From: Cenarchaeum sp.
GTDB taxonomy: Archaea; Thermoproteota; Nitrososphaeria; Nitrososphaerales; Nitrosopumilaceae
Assembly: GCA_965242695.1 (NCBI GenBank)
Contig: CBDESU010000001.1
Coordinates: forward strand, 256,001 to 320,000
Direction: 5' to 3'
Length of the DNA stretch: 64,000 nt
A program made the translations under genes and the position numbers. Positions 49,054 to 58,174 of the stretch are shown piece by piece. Under the pieces are notes generated by a model. That model was not told where the DNA came from and ran no database searches. It saw only the letters and a program-made list of their open reading frames with translations. The stretch's first letter is position 1; every line of letters begins with the position of its first letter.

Positions 49054-51141
49054 ATGGGGGGAATGGGGCGGCCAGGCGGGGATGCAGGGGCGGCCGGCCT
49101 GGGCGGGCGCGCCGGCATGTCCCTTGCCGCGGCAGCCGTGCTGCTCGTCGCCGCCGCCGCGGCCGCCCTGGCGGCGGGCCATGCGGGCGCCTTTGCCGTG
49201 GCGGCGGCCTGCCTTGCCGCGGCCCTTGCCGCCGGCGCGTCGCGGCGGTCGAATCTCCGGCCGGGCGGGCGGCGGCGCGGAACGGGCCGGACAGGCGGCG
49301 GAACGGCGGGCCGCGGCAGCGGCCGCGGCAGCGGCCGCGGCAGCGGCAGCGGCGGCGGCCGCGGCAGCGGCCCTGCGCGGCGCGGCAGGCCGCGCGCGCC
49401 GAGGCTCGTCGCCGGCGTCATGTCGCGGCGCCCGACCAGGACCAACCGGCTCGGCCGCGCCGTCATGTCTGCGCCCCTCCTGTCGGCCCTGTTTGCGCAC
49501 GAGTCTGCCCGGGTTGCGCGCCTGGCCCCGCGCACGGGCGCCCCGCTCGACGAGCAGTACTTTGTCATCCGCACCGCCGCCTGCGCCGCGGCCTCGGCCG
49601 CGGCGGCCTGCGCATGCGCCGCCTTCCTGGCCGTACTCCTTGCCGTTCCGGCCCTCCAGGCCGCGGCCGCCGCGGCGGCTGCCGCGCTCGCCCCGCTGCT
49701 TGCCGCGCCCCTGCTCGCCCCGCTCGTACTGTCGGCGCGCGCATCGGCGCGCGCATCGGCCGTGTCTGCCGAGCTGCTCGCGTTCCTGACGCTGGCCGGG
49801 ATTGTCCATACCGTCGACAAGACGCTGTTCTGGACGTTCGAGCAGGTCGCGTCCGCGCGCGGCGTATTCTCGGCCGTGGGGGCCGATGCGGCCGCGCTCC
49901 TGCGGCATGCGAGGGTTGGCGGCATGGACGAGGTCTCGGCCCTCATGGAGCTGGCGCGGTTCCACCCGCACGCGCCGTTTCGCACGTTCCTGCAGCGGTA
50001 CGCCTCGCTCGTCGGGTCGAGCCCCGCAAGGCTCGGCATGTGCGTAGAGCAGGCGCGCGACGAGGCACTCTCGGCCGCCGTCTCTGCGGCCTCGTCGTAC
50101 GCCGGCGCGGCAAACGGCGCGTTCTTTGCCGGGGTGATGGCAGTCTCCGTAATGCCGATGATGCTCGTCGGCGTAATGTTCCTGCCGGGGACGGGGACGG
50201 CCGCCGCGGCCGGACTGCTGCTCGCCGCCGTCATGGCCGCGCCGCTTGCGTTCCTGGCCCTGCCCGCCTTCATGCCGGCCGACTCTTTCCTGCGCGATGC
50301 CGGCGCGGTGCGCAGGCCGGCCGTACCGGCCGCGGCCGCGGCGGCCGCGGCCCTGGCCTCGACGGCCCTGTCCGGCTGGGGCGCGCACGCGCTGCCGCTC
50401 GCGGCCGCCGCGGCCGCGGCCGCGTTTGGCGGCGCCGCCTGGGCCCTGTCGGCGCGCGCCGAGCGGGACGCGGCCGACGCCGACGCCGAGATGCCAGTCC
50501 TGCTCGACCACATAGCCGAGCAGAAGAGGTCCAGGTCGGACATTGTGGCCATGCTCTCCGAGTACGCGGCAATGCCTGCCACAAGGCCCTGCGTGGCGCG
50601 GATGCTGCGCGGGGTGGCCTCGGCGGCCGTCGTTCGGCCGGCCCGCGAGGCGTTCTGCGGGGCGGCGCACTACCCGAGCGCGGCGGCCAGGTTTGCGCTG
50701 TTCGTCCTGTACGCCATACACGAGCACGGCGGCGGCACGCGCGAGACGGTCGTCGCGATGGCGCACTCGATGCGCCGCATGTCCGAGGCGCGGCGCCGGT
50801 TCGCATCCGAGGTGCGCTTCTCGGCCGCGCTAGTCGTCGCATCGCCCCTTGTGCTGACGTTTGCCGTAATGTCGACGTCGCTAATGGCCCTCGGCCCCGC
50901 TGCAGTGCAGGGCGGCGGCCTGGGCGGTGCGGCGGAAGTGGGGGCCGGTGCGGCCGCCGATCTGGTCGACTCGCTGCGGCCGGCCGTCGCAATGGTCGGC
51001 ATCTGCGGCGGGCTGGCCGTATGCAGGATCGCCGACCACTCGTTCCTGCGGACAAGGCACCTGTTCCTGGCCGCCTCGGTGTCTGCGGCATGCCTTGCCG
51101 CGTGGGATGCGGCGCTCGGGCTTGCGCGGTCGCTGGCGTGA
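49054..51141 (+). CDS. TadC/ArlJ-like (T2SSF) membrane platform protein
   Basis: Two cytoplasmic helical domains (ELLAFL...; EMPVLLDHIAEQ.RS), each followed by TM clusters. Confidence 0.7.
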   Translation: MGGMGRPGGDAGAAGLGGRAGMSLAAAAVLLVAAAAAALAAGHAGAFAVAAACLAAALAAGASRRSNLRPGGRRRGTGRTGGGTAGRGSGRGSGRGSGSGGGRGSGPARRGRPRAPRLVAGVMSRRPTRTNRLGRAVMSAPLLSALFAHESARVARLAPRTGAPLDEQYFVIRTAACAAASAAAACACAAFLAVLLAVPALQAAAAAAAAALAPLLAAPLLAPLVLSARASARASAVSAELLAFLTLAGIVHTVDKTLFWTFEQVASARGVFSAVGADAAALLRHARVGGMDEVSALMELARFHPHAPFRTFLQRYASLVGSSPARLGMCVEQARDEALSAAVSAASSYAGAANGAFFAGVMAVSVMPMMLVGVMFLPGTGTAAAAGLLLAAVMAAPLAFLALPAFMPADSFLRDAGAVRRPAVPAAAAAAAALASTALSGWGAHALPLAAAAAAAAFGGAAWALSARAERDAADADAEMPVLLDHIAEQKRSRSDIVAMLSEYAAMPATRPCVARMLRGVASAAVVRPAREAFCGAAHYPSAAARFALFVLYAIHEHGGGTRETVVAMAHSMRRMSEARRRFASEVRFSAALVVASPLVLTFAVMSTSLMALGPAAVQGGGLGGAAEVGAGAAADLVDSLRPAVAMVGICGGLAVCRIADHSFLRTRHLFLAASVSAACLAAWDAALGLARSLA

Positions 51142-51374
51142 GCGCTGCGCGGGAGCGGCCCTGCGAGTGACAGCATGTTGGCCGTTCCGCGCGCCGGCCT
51201 GTCACTTGTGTGACAGTTTTAGCGCAACGGCGACTGCGAGGCCCGGGCCGATCTGCCTTGGCTTTGGACGGCATCCTGCCGGGCTTTGATGCGCGGCGGT
51301 GTGCCGATGGCGTGCCGCGGTCGCTAGGAGCGCCGCATCGCAGGGTTTACATGCCCGCCATGTGCGGTCGCCCC

Positions 51375-51581
51375 ATGGAGTATTGGGATGATGGCTCGGG
51401 AGACGACCACTTGTGGGCCGTAACGTCGGTAGTGGGAAGGCTGACGGGAAACGAGACCGAGGCCGAAAAGAAGGCCGCCCTCGAGCGCTGGATTAGCCTG
51501 CCAGAGGAAGAGCAGCTCAGGCTGATGATGAAGTACAGCGAGAAGCGTATGCGGCTGGCGCGCCTCAGTGAAATCCCCTGA
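51375..51581 (+). CDS. 68-aa hypothetical protein, copy 1
   Basis: MEYWDDGSGDDHLWAVTSVVGRL...; TTTACAT box about 25 bp upstream; differences from copy 2 are mostly synonymous. Confidence 0.75.
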   Translation: MEYWDDGSGDDHLWAVTSVVGRLTGNETEAEKKAALERWISLPEEEQLRLMMKYSEKRMRLARLSEIP

Positions 51582-51598
51582 AGGCAGGGGTGCGCTGT

Positions 51599-51626
51599 CG
51601 GCAACCGGGAGCGTTGCCGTTTTTTT
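51599..51626 (+). terminator. hairpin plus T-tract terminator
   Basis: CGGCAAC-loop-GTTGCCG followed by T7. Confidence 0.65.
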
Positions 51627-51688
51627 CTTTGTTTTTGCTTTTACACGGCGCGAGGCCTACTGCACGGCGATCTTGGCGCTGGCACGAC

Positions 51689-52392
51689 CTAGGAGTGCGT
51701 TGGACTGTGGCGGTCGCCTGCCTTGCCGTCCCTGCCTAGGTGCGCCAGAATGGCGGCCTTGCCGACAAGTGCGTCGGTGTGGCCTGGTTCTACTTCGATC
51801 ATCCTGTTGTAACAGCACAGGGCCTCGTCGTGGCGCCCAAGGATGCGGAGAAGAAACGCCTTGCGCAAGTACACTTCCATATTCATCGGACCAAGCTCGG
51901 CTGCAACATCGTACGCGGCAAGGGCCTCGGAGGAACGGCCCAATGCCGCCAGCAGGTCGGCGCGGCGCATGCGGGCGGTTCCGTCGTACACGTCGAGCTC
52001 GATCGCCCTGTCGTACGCCGCAAGGACCTCGTCGCCGCGTCCCGTGCCTGCGAGGATGTTTCCCCTGAGGAAGTGCGCCCGCTGCAGCGAGCCGTCCATC
52101 TCGACGGCCCTGTCGCAGGCGGCGAGCGCCTCTGCGCCGCGTCCCACGCCTGCAAGTATGTCGGCCTTGGATGCGTGCGCATCGGGGAGGGCGGGATCAA
52201 GATCTATGGCCGCCCCGCAGGCGGCAAGCGCCTCCTCGTCCCTACCGAGCCTTGCAAGCGGCAGCGCCCTGGCAAGGTGCGTGACGGCGCGGCCCGGATC
52301 CAGCGATACGGCCGTGTCGTAGATGTCGAGTGCCTCCTCGTCCCTGCCCAGCCCGAAGAGCGCCAGCCCGAGCCGCGCGTGCGCCTGCGCGC
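51689..52392 (-). pseudogene. 5'-truncated TPR cassette (no credible start)
   Basis: AQAHARLGLALFGLGRDEEAL... about 6 TPRs. Homology ends at the duplication breakpoint. Confidence 0.75.
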
Positions 52393-52462
52393 AGCCGGCG
52401 GGCCGTGGTCCTCCGAAGCGCCACATCGCAGGATTTATATGCTCCCCCTGTGCGGCCGTTTC

Positions 52463-52669
52463 GTGGAATATTGGGATGACGGCTCCGGGGACGACCACCT
52501 GTGGGCCATAACGTCGGTGGTGGGAAGGCTGACGGGAAACGAGACCGAGGCCGAGAAGAAGGCGGCACTCGAGCGCTGGACCAGCCTGCCCGAGGAAGAG
52601 CAGCTCAGGCTGATGATGAAGTACAGCGAGAAGCGCATGCGGCTGGCACGTCTCAACGAACTTCCCTGA
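52463..52669 (+). CDS. 68-aa hypothetical protein, copy 2
   Basis: GTG start with TTTATAT about 25 bp upstream; near-identical to copy 1. Confidence 0.75.
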   Translation: MEYWDDGSGDDHLWAITSVVGRLTGNETEAEKKAALERWTSLPEEEQLRLMMKYSEKRMRLARLNELP

Positions 52670-52686
52670 AAGCAAGGGTGCGCTAT

Positions 52687-52714
52687 CGGCAACCGAAGCG
52701 TTGCCGCTTTTTTT
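52687..52714 (+). terminator. hairpin plus T-tract terminator
   Basis: CGGCAAC-loop-GTTGCCG followed by T7. Confidence 0.65.
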
Positions 52715-52775
52715 CTATGTTTTGGCTATTGCCCGGCGCAAGGCCCTACACGGCGATCTTGGCGACTGGCACGAC

Positions 52776-54151
52776 CTAGGGGTGCGCTTGCCTGTGGTGA
52801 TTGCTTGCATTGCCGTCCCTGCCTAGGTGCGCCAGAACGTCGTCCTTGCCCCCAAGTGCGTCGGTATGGCTTGGTTCCAGTTCGATCACCCTGTTGTAAC
52901 AGCACAGGGCCTCGTCGTGGCGCCCAAGGGTACGGAGCAGAAACGCCTTGCGCAGGTACGCTTCCATATTCATTGGACCCAGCTCGACTGCCACATCGTA
53001 CGCGGCAAGGGCCTCGGAGGATCGGCCTAATGCGGCTAGCAGGTCGGCGCGGCGCAAGCGGGCGGTTCCGTCGTACATGTCGAGCTCAATCGACCTGTCG
53101 TACGCGGCAAGGGACTCGGCGGCACGGCCCATGCCTACAAGGATGTTCCCGCGGAGTAGGTGCGCCCGCTGCAGCGAGCCGTCCATCTCGACGGCCCTGC
53201 CGCAGGCGGCGAGCGCCTCTGCGTCGCGTCCCATGCCAACAAGTACATCTGCCTTAGAAACGTGCGCGTCGGCTAGGGAAGGATCAAGCTCTGCCGCCGT
53301 GCCACAGCTGTCAAGCGCTTCTTCACTCCTGCCAAGATTTGCAAGCGGAAGCGCCCTGGCAAGGTGCGTGACGGCACAGTCCGGTTCTATCGACACCGAC
53401 TGGTCGTAGCTGTCAAGCGCTTCCTCGTATCGGGCAAGCCCAAAGAGCGCCATCCCGAGCCGCGCGTGCGCCTGCGCGCTCTCTCGGGGTGCTTCCGCAC
53501 CAGCGCGCGGCACAGCGGCTCGGACAGCTCGTACCCGTCGCGAGAGCGCTGCAGCATCCCCATCCACTTGAACACGTTCCCCTGCACGATGCGCATCTCG
53601 GCCTCCAGCTCGGGAATGTGGTTCGCGATCCCGAACACGAGCTGCAGGACGGCCTCGTACGCGGCGCGCACGTCGAACGCGACGGGCACGGCCGTGTGGA
53701 CGTTGTCGTTCCGGGCCGCGAACAGTGCGATCAGGGCGTCGCGCAGGCCGGGGTTGTCCCTGAAGACGTCGCCCAGGCCGTACTCGCGGAGCATCTTTTC
53801 GATCGCCTCGATGTTCTGGAAGTTGTGCGTGAACGAGACGAGCGCCTCCTTGGACAGGCGCGCGGCGCTGCCTATGTTGGCGAGGCGGATCTCGACGTAC
53901 TCGGGCATCGTCCCCCTGCCCCGACCGAGCATGTCTGCGACGGTGAGCCTGCAGAACTGCTCTACGACAGAGACGAGGGCTACGGCGATCGCCCTGTGGT
54001 CGTGCCTCCTGTGCGAGCCGAGCAGCATCTCAACGGCGAACAGATCGACCAGGATCACGGCAAGGCACTGCCCCGCCAGCGCCGGCGTTATGCTGACAAT
54101 CCTGCGGCTCACGGGCGGGACGTCATTATACCCAGTTATAAGGTATCGCAT
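52776..54151 (-). CDS. HEPN (RiboL-PSP-HEPN-like) domain plus TPR array, split by a frameshift at a (GA)n run ~53480
   Basis: VALVSVVEQF, NFQN and RNDNVH (Rx4H) in 53387-54151. KHPE joins SAQAHARLG... TPRs in 52776-53480. Confidence 0.7.
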
Positions 54152-54165
54152 TTATGCCGCCGCCT

Positions 54166-54308
54166 GCCGCGCCGCTCCTAGAGGCTCGTGGGCAGGGATA
54201 AGGGCGGCGCGAGCCGCCGATCCTGACCTCTGGGTGCCTGCCGCGCCGCCCCTAGAGGCTCGTGGGCAGGGATAAGGGCGGCGCGAGCCGCCGATCCTGA
54301 CCTCTGGG
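54166..54308. repeat. 74-bp-period tandem duplication (58-bp identical core)
   Basis: CCTAGAGGCTCGTGGGCAGGGATAAGGGCGGCGCGAGCCGCCGATCCTGACCTCTGGG at 54177 and 54251. Confidence 0.9.
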
Positions 54309-54352
54309 CGCCAGGATGCGCCCCAGGCGGCCCTCCGCCCTCCGCCCGCCCC

Positions 54353-55990
54353 CTACCCCGCCGCCTCGCGCGCCTCGGCAAACTCCGACGCCTCCTCCAT
54401 GATCTGCGCCGCCGTGGGCCGCCTCTGGCTTGACGCGAGCCTCGAGAGGAACGCGGCCCTTGCGGCCAGGTCGGCCGCCGCATCGCGCGCGCCGCGCGCG
54501 GCCGCCGCCTGCGCGAGCCTCCCTCCCGCGCCTGCCATTGCGCCGGCCCTGCCGGCGCAGTCGTACACTCCCCCGCCCGCGTACGACGCGAGCGGCTCGA
54601 GCGAGACGTCCCCGCCCCCGCCGAGCCGCGTCTCGCACAGCGAGAGCATCCGCCGCCGCAGCCTGCCGCCCTCGGGGACGGCGCCGACGTGCATCACAAA
54701 CCACAGGTCGCTCTGCTGGGCGGCCATTATCTCTAGCGGCCTCGCCTCGAGGCGGCGCATCGCCGCCTCCGGCCCCGACGCGTGGAACGTCGCCATTGCG
54801 GCGTGGCCGGCCTCGAAGGCCTGGAACAGGATCGGCACGTCCGCAAGCCGGACCTCGCCGACCGCGATGCACTGCGGGCGCTGCCGCAGCGCGTACGAGA
54901 GCAGCTCGCCCATCCCGATGCCGTGGCCCCCGCCGAACGTGTCGCCTGCCGCGCGCGTGCGCAGGCGCAGGCAGCACTCCTGCGGGGGCCGCAGCTCCTC
55001 GGTGTCCTCGATGACGACGACCTTCCACCTGCGGCTGACGAGCGAGAGCAGCGCGTTGAGGACCGTCGTCTTGCCCGAGCCCGTCCCGCCGACTATCAGC
55101 CCCGTCCCGCCGGCCGCCAGGGCGGCCCATGCGTACGCGGCCGCCTCGGCGGGGAGGGACCCGCCGGCGGCCATGTCTGCTACCGTGACGTCGCGCGCCG
55201 GAAACCTCCTCACCGTGAACGCGGGCCCGTCCGGCGTCACGTCCGTCCCGCCGAACGCGGAGAGCCTGTCGCGCGCCGGCGTCGACCCCTCGACGTACGG
55301 CGAGAGCGACGTGGCGTACCTGCCGACCGACTGCATGAGGGTGCGCACGAGCGCGTCCGGCGAGCGGCCCTCCTCCTCCCCGGCGGGCCCGCCCCCGCGC
55401 CGGCCCGGGCCGAACCGTATGTTCGTGCCCATAAAGTACATGGACGGGTGGCCGTGGTGGAGGACCCTTACCGGCGAGGCGCCGCCGACGTACGTGATGT
55501 CCTCTATGCCGGGGTCGCGCATCGGCACGTCGATGACGCGAAAGCCGAGCGTGTCCCTCACCGCGTAGTACGACATGGCCGCGCGGTTGGCGGCGAGCTC
55601 TTTCTCGAGGAACAGCGTCTCGGCCGAGACCTCGAGCGACCAGAGCACCTGGCGGGCCGTCACGCTAGCAAAGTCGACGTCGCCGCCGGCGCGCGACATG
55701 TGCCCGAACATGCGAGCGTACGCGGCCGCCGCCGGGGCGGCGAGCGGCGGCTCGTCGATCAGGTAGCGGCCGTCGCGGGTTATGGAGACGGGGACCTGCC
55801 CGACGCGGTACCTCTCGAGGACCTCGTGGGGGCGGACGGACGCGACGAGGCGCCACGGGAGGGGCGGCTCGGCCGTACCGGCGCCGCCCTGCGGCGGCTG
55901 CTGCCGCTGCTGCGGCGCCCCGCGACTCCCGCCGCCGCCGGCCGGCTCGTCCCCGGCAGTGTATGATCGCGCGCGCCGAAAGCCGAGCAA
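54353..55990 (-). CDS. type II/IV secretion ATPase (TadA/VirB11/ArlI family)
   Basis: D..IEDI, FTVRRF, GGTGSGKTT, IEDTEEL, LRQRP..I.VGEVR and GH..MATFH. TTG 55990 lies about 25 bp below TTTAGTA. Confidence 0.92.
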   Translation of the reverse strand: MLGFRRARSYTAGDEPAGGGGSRGAPQQRQQPPQGGAGTAEPPLPWRLVASVRPHEVLERYRVGQVPVSITRDGRYLIDEPPLAAPAAAAYARMFGHMSRAGGDVDFASVTARQVLWSLEVSAETLFLEKELAANRAAMSYYAVRDTLGFRVIDVPMRDPGIEDITYVGGASPVRVLHHGHPSMYFMGTNIRFGPGRRGGGPAGEEEGRSPDALVRTLMQSVGRYATSLSPYVEGSTPARDRLSAFGGTDVTPDGPAFTVRRFPARDVTVADMAAGGSLPAEAAAYAWAALAAGGTGLIVGGTGSGKTTVLNALLSLVSRRWKVVVIEDTEELRPPQECCLRLRTRAAGDTFGGGHGIGMGELLSYALRQRPQCIAVGEVRLADVPILFQAFEAGHAAMATFHASGPEAAMRRLEARPLEIMAAQQSDLWFVMHVGAVPEGGRLRRRMLSLCETRLGGGGDVSLEPLASYAGGGVYDCAGRAGAMAGAGGRLAQAAAARGARDAAADLAARAAFLSRLASSQRRPTAAQIMEEASEFAEAREAAG

Positions 55991-56154
55991 GGTGCGCCGG
56001 CGGCGGCCGCCCGTACTAAAGGGGGGGGGGATGGCATTGCGGCCGCCGCCCTGATGCCGGCGATATGGGCAGGTCCTGCCGCCGGGATGCGGCGCGCCGC
56101 CGCTCCCTGCCGCGAGAATCGCCCTTAATACGGCCGCGCCCGCCCGCGCCCGCG

Positions 56155-56643
56155 ATGGCGGCCTGGCAGGCGGTTCTCGGCGGGAGTGGGGAGGCGGCGA
56201 AAGGGCGGCGCGCACTTCCGACCGTGGCCGAGTCTGCGGCGGTGGCCGAGGCGGTGGCCGAGGCGGCCGCGATGCCAGCGGGCTGGAAGCCGAGTCGCTT
56301 CTTTGAAGCGTGGAAAAGAAGGGTTGTCAATATGGCGGGCTTCAAGATCTACTGGCTCAACATGGGGCACTACAGGATCCTTGCGCCGGACGACAGGCAG
56401 CACGTCATTGACAGTATCCTGCGCACCACGATAATGCATGCCTACAAATCCAGCGACTTTTACAAAGGCGTCCTTGCGTCGCACAACGACTACGAGGCCA
56501 TGCAGTCGTACGCGGCCGCGTTCGTAGAGCGTTCTGGGCAGACTTTTGGGAGGGCGCCTAGGGAATTGACTTGGCCGCGGCGGACATGGTGGCAAAGCGC
56601 ACTTGACTGCCCCGAACCGCCCGATCCGACGTCACGTCCCTGA
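56155..56643 (+). CDS. hypothetical protein, paralog A
   Basis: TTAATA about 25 bp upstream. Shares GW.PSRFF.AWKR and DFY.GV.ASHNDYEAMQ with paralog B. Confidence 0.75.
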   Translation: MAAWQAVLGGSGEAAKGRRALPTVAESAAVAEAVAEAAAMPAGWKPSRFFEAWKRRVVNMAGFKIYWLNMGHYRILAPDDRQHVIDSILRTTIMHAYKSSDFYKGVLASHNDYEAMQSYAAAFVERSGQTFGRAPRELTWPRRTWWQSALDCPEPPDPTSRP

Positions 56644-56829
56644 GGCCTTGGCCGCCTCCTTGCTGATTGCGGGGCCTACGGCACGGCAGGTCCGCCCTTG
56701 CGGGAATAGGAGCATCCACGGTCGATCTTGGGTGACTCTCGGCGGCATTTTTTGCCGCTGGCACTCACTCCGGTGGCAGACATTGCCACGACCATTGGCT
56801 TTAATACAGCCCGCCCGCCAGCGCCCGCG

Positions 56830-57270
56830 ATGGCGGCCCGGCAGGCGGTTCTCGACAGGAGCAAGGCGACGGGACAAAGGCAGCGCGCGGCCCACACCAT
56901 CGGCGAGTCGGCCGTGGCGGCCGCGGCCGCCGCCGAGTCGGCCGCGATGCCAGCGGGCTGGAGGCCGAGCCGTTTCTTCGGCGCGTGGAAGAGGGAGGTC
57001 GACAAGACGGCCGGCTTCGATGTTTACTGGAGCACAATGGGACACTACGAGATTCTTACGCCCAAGGCTAAGAAGCGGATCGTTGGCACGATCTTGCGCA
57101 CTACGATTGCGTCAGAGGCCTACGACTCCGACGATTTTTACGAGGGCGTTATCGCGTCGCACAACGACTACGAGGCCATGCAGGCGTACGCGGCCGCGTA
57201 CGTGGACGCGTTCTGGCAGTATTACTGGACGGGTCACCACAATGTCACTAGGACAGCGGGAGTAGAATGA
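56830..57270 (+). CDS. hypothetical protein, paralog B
   Basis: Duplicated promoter and leader; same conserved blocks as paralog A. Confidence 0.75.
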   Translation: MAARQAVLDRSKATGQRQRAAHTIGESAVAAAAAAESAAMPAGWRPSRFFGAWKREVDKTAGFDVYWSTMGHYEILTPKAKKRIVGTILRTTIASEAYDSDDFYEGVIASHNDYEAMQAYAAAYVDAFWQYYWTGHHNVTRTAGVE

Positions 57271-57283
57271 GAAGCGCATCCAG

Positions 57284-58111
57284 CTAGGAGCCGGCCCATG
57301 TGATTCTGTATTTTGCGCCCAGCGCCTTGGCCACCTCGCCGCTGATATTGGCATCCTGCAATACGACAAAGTCCGTTCCCGGTGGGATTGGAGTACCGTC
57401 GGGCACTCTTACCTCGGACTCGGCGGCATGCTTTGCCTCCTTCGGATCACACATCCTTTCGTCTTTTGCCTCCATATCCCTTGGCATGACGGTGTAGAGC
57501 ACGCACCGCATGCTCCTGCGTACAACATCGTCTATGGGAACCCGCATCTGGATTTTGCGCCTTTCGAATCGCAGCCCTGGATTGATCGTCAGCGCCTTGA
57601 AGCCGCGCCGAGTGGAGTCTGCCTCGACCCTGCTCTCGAACGCCCCCTCCATGCAGCTCCTGAGCTCGGGCGGGTCGATCCACCTGTAGACACGATCTGA
57701 TGCGAGTGCGGTTCTGCAGAGCCAGGCACTAAACGCATGCGCCGTCTCTTCCGCGTCTAGAAGCCTGCGGTATTTCAAACCGTCTCTCGCAATTTGGTCT
57801 AGGAGCCGCCGGTCGGACTTGCGCCAGTCCTTTCGTACCTGGGCTGTCTTGTACCTACTGTAAATTTCATAACTTCCAAAGTACTCGATGTCGATTGAAG
57901 CGCCGTATTTCCACACTCCTGACCAGGCGCCTTTTGCCGCGGACAGTACCCTTGGCACGGAAAGCGTGTCAAAGACATCTATCTTTTTTTGCACATTGCT
58001 GATCCTGATCGAGTGGCCCGGCGCCAGGCTGATCGTGGCGCCGCCGTGGCCGGCTGCGCCCGCCCGCCCTGCCGCCGATCCCTCCATGACGCCGGCGCCC
58101 CATAAACCCAT
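57284..58111 (-). CDS. hypothetical protein with a possible R-S-E-type ADP-ribosyltransferase fold
   Basis: VYRW, FKALT and ESEVRV occur in ART order; lower GC than flanks. Confidence 0.55.
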   Translation of the reverse strand: MGLWGAGVMEGSAAGRAGAAGHGGATISLAPGHSIRISNVQKKIDVFDTLSVPRVLSAAKGAWSGVWKYGASIDIEYFGSYEIYSRYKTAQVRKDWRKSDRRLLDQIARDGLKYRRLLDAEETAHAFSAWLCRTALASDRVYRWIDPPELRSCMEGAFESRVEADSTRRGFKALTINPGLRFERRKIQMRVPIDDVVRRSMRCVLYTVMPRDMEAKDERMCDPKEAKHAAESEVRVPDGTPIPPGTDFVVLQDANISGEVAKALGAKYRITWAGS

Positions 58112-58174
58112 TTAACAGTTTTCCTAGGTACTCAAAGCGTACCCGCGTAACACCGCCCTGCCCGATCCGTCCCT

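Larger units (their letters stand above)
51329..53479. repeat. ~1.09-kb tandem duplication (51329-52392 and 52417-53479), each unit = small ORF (+) and TPR block (-)
   Basis: The two units align end to end with scattered substitutions. Confidence 0.92.

Noticed and set aside
45943-50766. 1607-aa minus-strand ORF and many other long Arg/Ala/Pro-rich ORFs
   Set aside because: These are shadow ORFs caused by high GC. The opposite strand carries a coherent coupled operon.
51329-53479. Diversity-generating retroelement TR/VR pair
   Set aside because: Differences between the copies are not adenine-specific and no reverse transcriptase is present.
38201-55990. Archaellum operon
   Set aside because: No ArlH, chemotaxis genes or typical archaellin N-termini are seen, and VirB4/VirB6-like genes are present instead.
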